A stretch of DNA of 59,127 nucleotides from an uncultured Candidatus Bathyarchaeia archaeon (lineage in GTDB: Archaea > Thermoproteota > CALKCG01 > B24 > JAWCPE01), in contig CAYNFI010000007.1 in assembly GCA_964396445.1 (NCBI GenBank), positions 1 through 59,127 on the forward strand, in the 5' to 3' direction. Numbering within the stretch: the stretch's first letter is position 1; the number at the start of each line of letters is the position of its first letter. The notes beneath the pieces were generated by a model. That model searched no databases and had not been told where the DNA came from. It saw only the letters and a list, made by a program, of their open reading frames with translations. Position numbers and translations under genes: made by a program. Positions 50,429 through 58,034 of this stretch are shown here, one piece after another.

Positions 50429-51265
50429 ATGGTTTCACCTTCCTCAGACAAAGTCATTAATGAAGAGGGAAGACGGTACCACATCAACGTTAAACCAGGA
50501 GAGCTTGCGAGGTTCCTTCTCATCCCAGGAGCTCCTGAAAGAGCGGTTAGGATCGCGGAGTTCTGGGATGACGCCCGGGAAGTAGCGTATCATAGGGAAT
50601 TCAGGTCCTTCACTGGGCGATACAAGGGCGTTGAGTTATCAGCTATCTCAAGCGGAATAGGTCCCTCAAGCATGGCGATAGTCGTCAACGAGGTCGCTAA
50701 CCTGGGTGTTCACACCCTTATCAGGGTCGGAAGTACAGGTGCCATACAGGAGGACATTGGATGCGGTGAAGTCATTATATCAACTTCAGCGGTTCGCTTA
50801 GATGGAACAAGCCAAAGCTATGTCATACCCGAGTACCCAGCCAACTCAAGCTACGAAACCCTGTTGGCTCTTGTAGAGGCTGCTGAGTCCTTGGGAATCC
50901 GATACCATTTAGGGATTACAGCGACGACCTCTGATTTTTACGCGGGACAGGGAAGACCTGCTTCCAGGGGCTTTCATAGATTAGAAACCAATGGTTTAAT
51001 CCAAAACCTGCGAAGAGCCAATGTTCTCAACTTTGAGATGGAAACGGCGACGTTGTTCGTTTTAAGTAATCTTTTCAATCTCAGAGCGGGTTCCGTATGT
51101 GCCGTTTACGCCAACAGATGCTCCAACATCTTTAAACCAGGAGCTGGGGAGGAAGAGTGCATAAGGGTAGCGAACGAAGCCGTCGTCATTCTTAACGTAT
51201 GGGACAAGGAGAAGCAACAACATGGGAAAAAGTGGTTTTATCCAGGTCTTTTAAAGATGAGGTGA
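50429..51265 (+). CDS. udp: Uridine phosphorylase
   Basis: YHINVKPGE, PGAPER, HREFRSFTG, GIGPSS, RVGSTG, NFEMETA. Confidence 0.9.
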   Translation: MVSPSSDKVINEEGRRYHINVKPGELARFLLIPGAPERAVRIAEFWDDAREVAYHREFRSFTGRYKGVELSAISSGIGPSSMAIVVNEVANLGVHTLIRVGSTGAIQEDIGCGEVIISTSAVRLDGTSQSYVIPEYPANSSYETLLALVEAAESLGIRYHLGITATTSDFYAGQGRPASRGFHRLETNGLIQNLRRANVLNFEMETATLFVLSNLFNLRAGSVCAVYANRCSNIFKPGAGEEECIRVANEAVVILNVWDKEKQQHGKKWFYPGLLKMR

Positions 51266-51409
51266 CTGAAGTAACCAGTCGTTGCGATGGTCCTTAAAGC
51301 CCATAAAGAGTGAAATCGGGAGAGGATTGTATAGATTTTACACCTTTCTTCTACATTGGATGATAGAGAACAAGATAGGCGAGGAGCCAGTTTTAAAAAT
51401 TGCAATAAG

Positions 51410-52483
51410 CTACTTCAGAGTTGAAAAACTGAGTTTCCTTAAAGCGTTTGCTACAGCCTTCCCACCGTTTCTTTCACATAGCTCCTGTGCTACGGCTAAA
51501 TCTACTCGTTTAGGCTCTTCACCCCATAACCTTTGAAAGTTCTCTGCGTAGACCCTCTTCAAAACGCCTTCTGGTAGGTTAAGGCCAAGGTAAGGCAGCT
51601 CATACCGGGTTAAGAGACTGTCCGCGTATGTGGGTGTGTGGAATTCCTCCTCTGACTCTAAGAGGTTTCGTACAAGCCATACACGGGCGATTGATTCTTG
51701 AACCTCTTGCCACGCCATTATATCTGTTCCGAAAAGTGTACGGTTCTGATACTTGATGAAGAACTCCCTCCACGCGTCTCTTCTCCGTGAAATGTTATAC
51801 ATAAGCTCGACTCCGAGAGCTAGGTCGAGATGTGCGTTACTATATCGGTCTAGGAAATCTGCGGCCCTCTTAAGGTTGGATGACATGAAGTTGAAGTGGC
51901 ATAAAACGATCTTCAAATAAGGATGGGCGTCGAGGACGTTCTCAATCTCCCTGTAAAGCTCCTCTTTCGAAGGGTAATCTCCGAGGTAGTAAACCCAGCC
52001 ACGCTCCTTCGCCCAGTCTGGAGCCTGAGCTTCATCCCAGAACTCTTCAGGGTCGGCAACATGGCATAGAACTGGGTAGCCATAATCTTCGCATACATCC
52101 CAAAGGCCCTTATAGTAGTCCGAGTCTAGGGACGTGTGCTTATCCCGAGGGACAGGCTTTGAACCCATTTCACCGATTCCGTCAAACCCAGCCTCAATAA
52201 GGGAGCCAATATAATCAACCCAGTTTATCCTGAGCAGCTTTTCAGCCTCGCCAGACCATGGCACAAATCCACCGGCGTAGAATAGGCTTGGGTGCTTAAC
52301 CTTAAGATAGAGCCCTGTTAAGCCGCCGGAAATGCACATCTTATTAAGTCGACACTCGGATAAAATCTCAGGTATCGACTCGCTTATTTTCTTCAGATCA
52401 TCCTCGGTTACAAGGTTTCCACTTGGGTTAACGTGAACATGGCAATCGATGACATGCATGTCCGCGAAATCGGAAATCCTCAC
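51410..52483 (-). CDS. Amidohydrolase_2 family metal-dependent hydrolase
   Basis: IDCHVH, LCHVAD, LCHF, LFGTD. Confidence 0.8.
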   Translation of the reverse strand: MRISDFADMHVIDCHVHVNPSGNLVTEDDLKKISESIPEILSECRLNKMCISGGLTGLYLKVKHPSLFYAGGFVPWSGEAEKLLRINWVDYIGSLIEAGFDGIGEMGSKPVPRDKHTSLDSDYYKGLWDVCEDYGYPVLCHVADPEEFWDEAQAPDWAKERGWVYYLGDYPSKEELYREIENVLDAHPYLKIVLCHFNFMSSNLKRAADFLDRYSNAHLDLALGVELMYNISRRRDAWREFFIKYQNRTLFGTDIMAWQEVQESIARVWLVRNLLESEEEFHTPTYADSLLTRYELPYLGLNLPEGVLKRVYAENFQRLWGEEPKRVDLAVAQELCERNGGKAVANALRKLSFSTLK

Positions 52484-52859
52484 TTAGCTATGCCACCTGT
52501 TTTACTATTTACATCCTCGAACCGCATTAGATAAGTCTTCTCCAATCCGATCTTTTTGATCATCGAAAACGATTGACCACGTTATTCCTTCCACTCTCAA
52601 AGCGATCAATCCATGCCTATAGAGGCATGAGGAAAACTCGTTGCAAATTTAAGGTTTTCTACATGATACAACCCTAGTCAGAGGGAGCGCTTGACATTCT
52701 GCCTATGGGCTACAACCTATCCCAGCATCGTGCCTGAAGGCTAGCTCAATAACTTTGGGAGGAAACACGTTGACTTCTGCTCCTATGAATGCCTGCGGAT
52801 AGGTTACACATCTTACCGACAATAAGACGTTTTAAGTTGAGCCCAACGCTGCAGTTCTT

Positions 52860-53039
52860 TCATCCCCAGTTACGTCCTGCCTTGAAGATTTCGCTCCAGC
52901 ATTGCCTGCAGATAGGGCGTGTCAGTCCCCCGACGTAGATCAGAAGCTGGATGTCATAGTTTGAGCAGCCTGGCTTCCAAGGGTTCGCGCATGTCTCCCT
53001 GTAGACATCATGTCCAGCGTTTCTATTCTTCCTAACCAC
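52860..53039 (-). CDS. Unannotated 59-aa Cys4 (Zn-finger-like) protein
   Basis: MVRKNRNAGHDVYRETCANPWKPGCSNYDIQLLIYVGGLTRPICRQCWSEIFKAGRNWG; GTG start with GGAGGTGA SD directly after the polB2 stop; below the ORF-track cutoff. Confidence 0.7.
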   Translation of the reverse strand: MVRKNRNAGHDVYRETCANPWKPGCSNYDIQLLIYVGGLTRPICRQCWSEIFKAGRNWG

Positions 53040-53056
53040 CCAGCCGTATCACCTCC

Positions 53057-55306
53057 TTACAACTCTTTCCCGAGGGACATGAGTTCGCGGAGAATCTCCT
53101 TCTCCCTTTCATCTCTGATTTCCTTAAGGAAGCCTCGTGCGGGGGACTTGTACCCAAGCTGCTCCCTTGTGAAGCCGTTCCAGCCTAGGATCGTCTCAGC
53201 AACGTCGAGGAGCATCTCTTGATACTTCACATGGTCGTAGTAGTGATGGTTGCTGTTTATGAGTTGAGCTGGCATAACCCTCCTTAAGGGGTTTGGATGC
53301 TCGGCGTTGACGAGGAGGAAGTCTATTGGATGACTGTCCCGGAGCATATTGAGTTCATTGAATTTCTTCCCCTTCTGAACCATCTGGATGGCAGCGGAGA
53401 CATGGGGAAACATAGATCGGTAACCGTCTATAGGCTTCCTGAGCATCTTCCGGACCACAAGCTTCTCAGCCGGGACCTCCCCGTCAGCTATCTTCCCTAG
53501 ACACTCAACTACGTATTCGCGTGCCCTGAGATACTGCAATTCCCGAACCTGCTCCGCATCCTCGGCTTTGAACAGTATCTCCATAAGCCTTGTCTGGAAA
53601 TCCTTCAGGAACTCGGGGTAGTCGCGTCTCCTCAACTCAATGCCTCTGTAATAGAGTTCACTGTTCACCAGCTTCCCGAAGTAGTGGCGGACTGATTCAA
53701 TGTTCGGGTCCGCCTCCTGCGCCAAGAGGACGAGGAACTTGTAGTGATGGTCTAAGGCTATGGGAAGCCCGACTTCCCCCTGTATCTTCGCCGCTAAGCC
53801 CTCGTATTCTGACCGTGTGGCGTTGAGTTTCTTGACGAAGATGGAGTCGCAGTCCGCGTACACGACCTTAAAGCCTTCGCGGAGAGCGATGTTCAGCGTC
53901 TTCACCAAGATGTTTCTTGAAACGTTGTTGATCTCGCTATACGCGTACACGCTTCCAAACCTATTTACGTCGCATCCGCTGAAGCCGTAGATGCATACGA
54001 GTATCTGCTTCAAGGCGGATTGTCTTTGCTCGCACCAAAGCCATTCCCGGCTATCCCTAGGATACTTTCTACGTAAGCGTTTGAAGTGGAGGCGTCGGTC
54101 TAAGAACCTCTTCGTGAACTCTCCTAGAAAGCCGGGTCGTGACTTGTCGATGCCTTTTGGGGTAACGGTTTCATAGGAGATGTTGTAGGCGATCAGGATG
54201 TTAGGGAACATGGACTCATAGTCAAGTTCAGCCACGTTTTCGTGGAGGCCCATCGCAGGGGAGAGGATGAGCCCGCCGCGGTCGCGGAAGATAAGGTCCT
54301 TAGCCGTCACCCTGAATCGGGGGTAGTTACGCAGCTTAGGGATTAGGATATTTTTTCGGAGGGCTTCGTAGCACTGCCTCGAATCTATGGCTCGACCGGC
54401 ACGCCATCGAGACGCCAAACCTGGAGGGGCGATTGTGAAACGGCTTTCCTCAACGATGCCCGCGACGCCGTCGTGGAGGAAATCGCCGAGCTGAAGCGTT
54501 ACCCTGCCCTGTAAGGCGCGGTGATAGGGTTCCCTCATCCCTTGATGGGCCGCGGGCTCCCTCCCAAGCTGAACGTTAAGGCATAGCTTCTGAACCCTCT
54601 TCATCAGGTATGGCAGCGTTACCTCATCGCAGTCTGGGGCGACGAGGAAGTCTGGGTTGCTTTTTTGAACGATGTCCGCGAGGGACTGGATGATCCGCGG
54701 TTCATCCCCGGTTAATGAGCTGGTTGCGTCAAGCGCTTCGTTGAAAACCGTGATCTCCGCTATGGGGTCTTCTTCAGGGTCCGGTGTCAACCTCTCGCTT
54801 TGGGCTTCTATCTGGAAAATCAGTGAGGTGAAGGGGGGCGGCTGAAACTCCACGCCGTCGTCGAGAACAGTTACCTCCTTTATTTTCCCGTCATGGTCGT
54901 ATTCCACCTCCACCTTGTTGGTGGGAGCGAAGGCTTTTGAGAACAGGTATCTCTGTACGTGGAGGATGTCCGTGTTAAACCATTCCTCAACGCCGTTAAC
55001 CCTTTCCAAGTCTCTTAAAACCCGTTTAAACCCACTCGCCTTATCGACGGAGACGTGGACTACCCCGCTTTTCTCCCTTGAGACAACCGAGGGGTACCTC
55101 CACTCAACCCTTGCGTCCACGATGTTTGGATGGCTCATTATCAGCGTAGCGGCTTCCTCAGCGTTAACATCGTCTTTGAACTTAACGTAGAAATCCGGCT
55201 GGTATAGGTCCCGTAGTTTAACGGCTTTTCCTTCAACGGTTTTAATCCATAGAATAGCTTCGTCGTCCTCTATGTACGTGTCCAGTATCCAGCCTACGGT
55301 CTTCAT
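53057..55306 (-). CDS. polB2: Family B DNA polymerase, PolB2 group (exonuclease-degenerate)
   Basis: Motif A LDYESMFPNI, motif B KQILVCIYGF, motif C YADCDS; ExoI FQIE (Asp lost), ExoII degenerate; RGIELRRRD. Confidence 0.82.
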   Translation of the reverse strand: MKTVGWILDTYIEDDEAILWIKTVEGKAVKLRDLYQPDFYVKFKDDVNAEEAATLIMSHPNIVDARVEWRYPSVVSREKSGVVHVSVDKASGFKRVLRDLERVNGVEEWFNTDILHVQRYLFSKAFAPTNKVEVEYDHDGKIKEVTVLDDGVEFQPPPFTSLIFQIEAQSERLTPDPEEDPIAEITVFNEALDATSSLTGDEPRIIQSLADIVQKSNPDFLVAPDCDEVTLPYLMKRVQKLCLNVQLGREPAAHQGMREPYHRALQGRVTLQLGDFLHDGVAGIVEESRFTIAPPGLASRWRAGRAIDSRQCYEALRKNILIPKLRNYPRFRVTAKDLIFRDRGGLILSPAMGLHENVAELDYESMFPNILIAYNISYETVTPKGIDKSRPGFLGEFTKRFLDRRLHFKRLRRKYPRDSREWLWCEQRQSALKQILVCIYGFSGCDVNRFGSVYAYSEINNVSRNILVKTLNIALREGFKVVYADCDSIFVKKLNATRSEYEGLAAKIQGEVGLPIALDHHYKFLVLLAQEADPNIESVRHYFGKLVNSELYYRGIELRRRDYPEFLKDFQTRLMEILFKAEDAEQVRELQYLRAREYVVECLGKIADGEVPAEKLVVRKMLRKPIDGYRSMFPHVSAAIQMVQKGKKFNELNMLRDSHPIDFLLVNAEHPNPLRRVMPAQLINSNHHYYDHVKYQEMLLDVAETILGWNGFTREQLGYKSPARGFLKEIRDEREKEILRELMSLGKEL

Positions 55307-55326
55307 AACCCCCGCCGGGGATCCTT

Positions 55327-56463
55327 TCAGGGCTGGACCTGCAGCCGCGCTGGTACGGCAGGCTTCTTAAGCTCCTCTCTAAGCTTCTCAACGTCGGTCC
55401 TTAGGAGCATGAAGCCCTTACCCAGGTCCTCGATAGCCCTACGGTTGTCCACGGTGGCTGTTAGAAGCATGACGTCGAGGACCGTCGGTATCTTTGCCCG
55501 GCTCATAGCTCCCATCTCGCCGCTCCAAACCCTCACCAGGGCGTCGAGGGCTTCCCTACGCTCGTGGTCCCTGAGGGCTTCACGGTAATCCCTCTTCAGG
55601 TTACCCAATTCTTCTCGGAACCTTGTTCGAAACGGTATGGTCACTCTACCCATATCGAAGCCTCCTAAGCTGAATGTGAAGCTGATCCTTCTCGGTGGAT
55701 TACTCGGGTGCTTAACTAGGAGTGCTTGGATGGAGGGGGAGCTGGGTTCAGGTTTCCTCAGATGCACTAGGATGTTTGCCGCGTGGTGTAGGTACTTTCC
55801 CCCCTCCGGCTTAGGAACCCGCCCGCCACCGCACGGTCTAGGCCTACAGCTGGCGATGAGGGCTACGTGGTTTCGGCTACATGCCTGGCATAGCTTTGAG
55901 ACGATGTTCTGGAGACGCTTTATCCTCTCCAGTCTTTCAAACACCGCTCCCTTTGAGTCCTGGCGGTCGAAGAGCTTAGCGACGTTGTGGACTACAAGGG
56001 TCTTCACATCTTTGTCCCGCTTAATAGCCTCTACGACGTTTTCCACAACCTGCTCCTCATGCTCATCGCTGAAGGCGAAGAAAACCTTGATCCTGTCAAG
56101 GGCTGTGAAAGGGTCGAGTTCAGAGGCTTTTAGGAGGGTTGTAAGCCGGTGAACATCGAGAACGGTCTTCTCCTCCCTGTAGTTCCCACAGTTTAGGTAG
56201 AGGGCTTCGCCTTCGAAGCCCTGCTTATCGATTGGGCGTAGGGTGTTGACGAGGACTTGATGTAGTATTAGGTCTACCCCGCTTTCTCGGTCTCCGTAGA
56301 AGAGGTAGAAGGCTCCTGGTTGAATCCCCCCGCCCAGCAGGGAATCTAGGTCGGCGTTGCCCGTTGTCAGCCTATGTTCATCCCGCTTCTCTTGGAGAAC
56401 GGTGAAGGCGGTGACGAAGTCTTTGTCAGACTGCATCGATGTGTTTCCCCTGTGAGGGTTCAT
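55327..56463 (-). CDS. Inactive RadA/RecA-like protein fused to a small helical PolB2-associated domain
   Basis: RLTTGNADLDSLLGGG RadA start, Walker A degenerate (GDRESGVD, no Lys), GGKYLHHAANI; C-terminal 108 aa begin MGRVTIPFR behind an internal AGGAGG SD. Confidence 0.75.
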   Translation of the reverse strand: MNPHRGNTSMQSDKDFVTAFTVLQEKRDEHRLTTGNADLDSLLGGGIQPGAFYLFYGDRESGVDLILHQVLVNTLRPIDKQGFEGEALYLNCGNYREEKTVLDVHRLTTLLKASELDPFTALDRIKVFFAFSDEHEEQVVENVVEAIKRDKDVKTLVVHNVAKLFDRQDSKGAVFERLERIKRLQNIVSKLCQACSRNHVALIASCRPRPCGGGRVPKPEGGKYLHHAANILVHLRKPEPSSPSIQALLVKHPSNPPRRISFTFSLGGFDMGRVTIPFRTRFREELGNLKRDYREALRDHERREALDALVRVWSGEMGAMSRAKIPTVLDVMLLTATVDNRRAIEDLGKGFMLLRTDVEKLREELKKPAVPARLQVQP

Positions 56464-56591
56464 TCAGCTTTTACGGTAACGGGCTCCCCAGCCTCCTCGG
56501 TTTTAACGGTTTTTAGGTCTAGCTGAGACCGTTGACACCCCGTTGTCACAGGCTCTCCACGCACCTTTTCTCTCCGATTTTCCCTCAGCAC
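56460..56591 (-). CDS. Possible 43-aa linker ORF between radA and the RadA paralog
   Basis: GTG 1 nt after the radA stop; TGA overlaps the next ATG (ATGA); exactly fills the gap. Confidence 0.3.
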   Translation of the reverse strand: MLRENRREKVRGEPVTTGCQRSQLDLKTVKTEEAGEPVTVKAE

Positions 56592-56592
56592 C

Positions 56593-57591
56593 CTAGTTTG
56601 ATTCCTCTAAACCCCTCTGATCCCTCTCCTGAACGTCTTCTATGCCCTCACCTGTTATGATGAAGGCTGCGGGTTCCTCGTTGGATGGAAGGGATGGGCT
56701 GTCGATGACCGTGGCATGTCTCAGGTTCGCCTTACACTTCCTCAGGTAGATGCGATGGGTTGAAGCGTGGGCTAACACGTTTCCACCCGCTGGGCGGTTG
56801 GGGTCCCCGAAGAAGGCTTGGGGGTTCGCTATAACCTGGTTCGTTACCACGACGGCTAGGTTGTAAACCTCAGCTATTCTAAGGAGCCTATGCACGTGCA
56901 TGTTCAGCTTCTGCTGCCTCTCAGCTAAGGATTCCCTTCCAAGGTACTCGCCTCGGAAGTGGCTTACTATGGAGTCGACGACCACCAGCTTAACCCCCTC
57001 CTTCTCGATGACCTTAGGGCAGCTTTCTACGATGAGCATTTGATGGTCGCTGTTGTAGGCACGGCTGTAGATGACGTTCTTCAAAGCACCTTCAGGGTTA
57101 AGCTCCAAGCCCTGAGCCATGGCGTAGACACGCTGAGGGGCGAAGGTTCCCTCGGTGTCGATGAAGAGGGCTTTACCCTCTAAGCCGCCTCCGGCCACTG
57201 GTAGCTGGCATGTGACGCTGAGCTCCATGCATATCTGGCTTTTCCCAGAGCCGAACTCCCCAGCCAGTTCAGTGATAGCCTGCGTTTCAACGCCTCCTCC
57301 AAGCATGGCGTCCAAGGCTTGACTTCCCGTCGTCAGCTTCATAGCCAGCCTCCTCCTCTCATAGAGCTCGTAGGAGGAGATGAAGTCCACCGAGACCAGG
57401 TCTCTGGCGGCGTCAACGACTTTTTCAGCCACATCGTAGCCTAAACCCGCCCTGCTGATCAATTCCCTCACCGGCGTAGCCACAACGCTTTCAACGGTGT
57501 GGTATCCCGCCTCGCGGAGCCTACTCACCGTCGCTGACCCTACACTGCTTACCTCCTTGAGCTTCTCAACGGGCAGCAATTGCGCGGTCAT
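56593..57591 (-). CDS. radA: DNA repair and recombination protein RadA
   Basis: N-terminal HhH, GEFGSGKSQ Walker A, FIDTEGTF, VVVDS, FRGEYLGR, GGNVLAHAST; ATG 57591 with GGTGGTGA SD. Confidence 0.93.
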   Translation of the reverse strand: MTAQLLPVEKLKEVSSVGSATVSRLREAGYHTVESVVATPVRELISRAGLGYDVAEKVVDAARDLVSVDFISSYELYERRRLAMKLTTGSQALDAMLGGGVETQAITELAGEFGSGKSQICMELSVTCQLPVAGGGLEGKALFIDTEGTFAPQRVYAMAQGLELNPEGALKNVIYSRAYNSDHQMLIVESCPKVIEKEGVKLVVVDSIVSHFRGEYLGRESLAERQQKLNMHVHRLLRIAEVYNLAVVVTNQVIANPQAFFGDPNRPAGGNVLAHASTHRIYLRKCKANLRHATVIDSPSLPSNEEPAAFIITGEGIEDVQERDQRGLEESN

Positions 57592-57630
57592 CTTTTGGTC
57601 ACCACCGATCGGTGAACTCGGTGAAGGCTC

Positions 57631-57669
57631 GATATATAGAGCCACGTACCACTTGGGGGGGAGGGGGGT
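57631..57669 (-). promoter_or_regulatory. Putative radA promoter (TATA-like TATATAT) with adjacent G7-A-G6 tract
   Basis: TATATA at 57633-57638, ~45 bp upstream of the radA ATG; GGGGGGGAGGGGGG at 57655-57668. Confidence 0.4.
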
Positions 57670-57728
57670 CTCCTCTACTTCGTGGAAAATTTTAGAGAAT
57701 TAAGTAGGGAGCAAGAAGGTGTTGACTG

Positions 57729-58034
57729 CTATGTATACTCTATCTTTCTGAAGAACTCCTCTAGGTGTTTCACCAAGGCGTTGTCCAGGTTTATCGCATA
57801 CTTCTTCGGTCGAAGAGGAAGCCCCTTTACCCAACCGATTCTAACGAGTTCTGTGACATGCCTTCTGATGTCTACGGCTTTAAGCGGGGTCTTCCGCTCT
57901 AACTCGTACATAGTAAACGCGTGGTGGGGGTTCCTTAATAGTAGGCGTAGAATCTTCAACTTCGCGGGGCTGCCTACGCCTAACTCCATGACTTCAGCGA
58001 TATCTGTTCTAGGCTCTAGCTTCATGTAGACCAC
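57729..58034 (-). CDS. Winged-helix-turn-helix protein (ArsR-like)
   Basis: SPAKLKILRLLL...FTMYELERKT...IRRHVTELVRIGWV; overlaps the cdc6 3' end. Confidence 0.75.
   Translation of the reverse strand: MVYMKLEPRTDIAEVMELGVGSPAKLKILRLLLRNPHHAFTMYELERKTPLKAVDIRRHVTELVRIGWVKGLPLRPKKYAINLDNALVKHLEEFFRKIEYT

Noticed and set aside
52612-52629. CATGCCT-ATAG-AGGCATG hairpin near the left edge of the polB2 cassette
   Set aside because: 7-bp stem with no partner repeat or TSD; cannot be called an att site or terminator.
57683-57692. ANTTTC damage-response hexamer upstream of radA
   Set aside because: A degenerate 6-mer is expected frequently by chance; no positional support.
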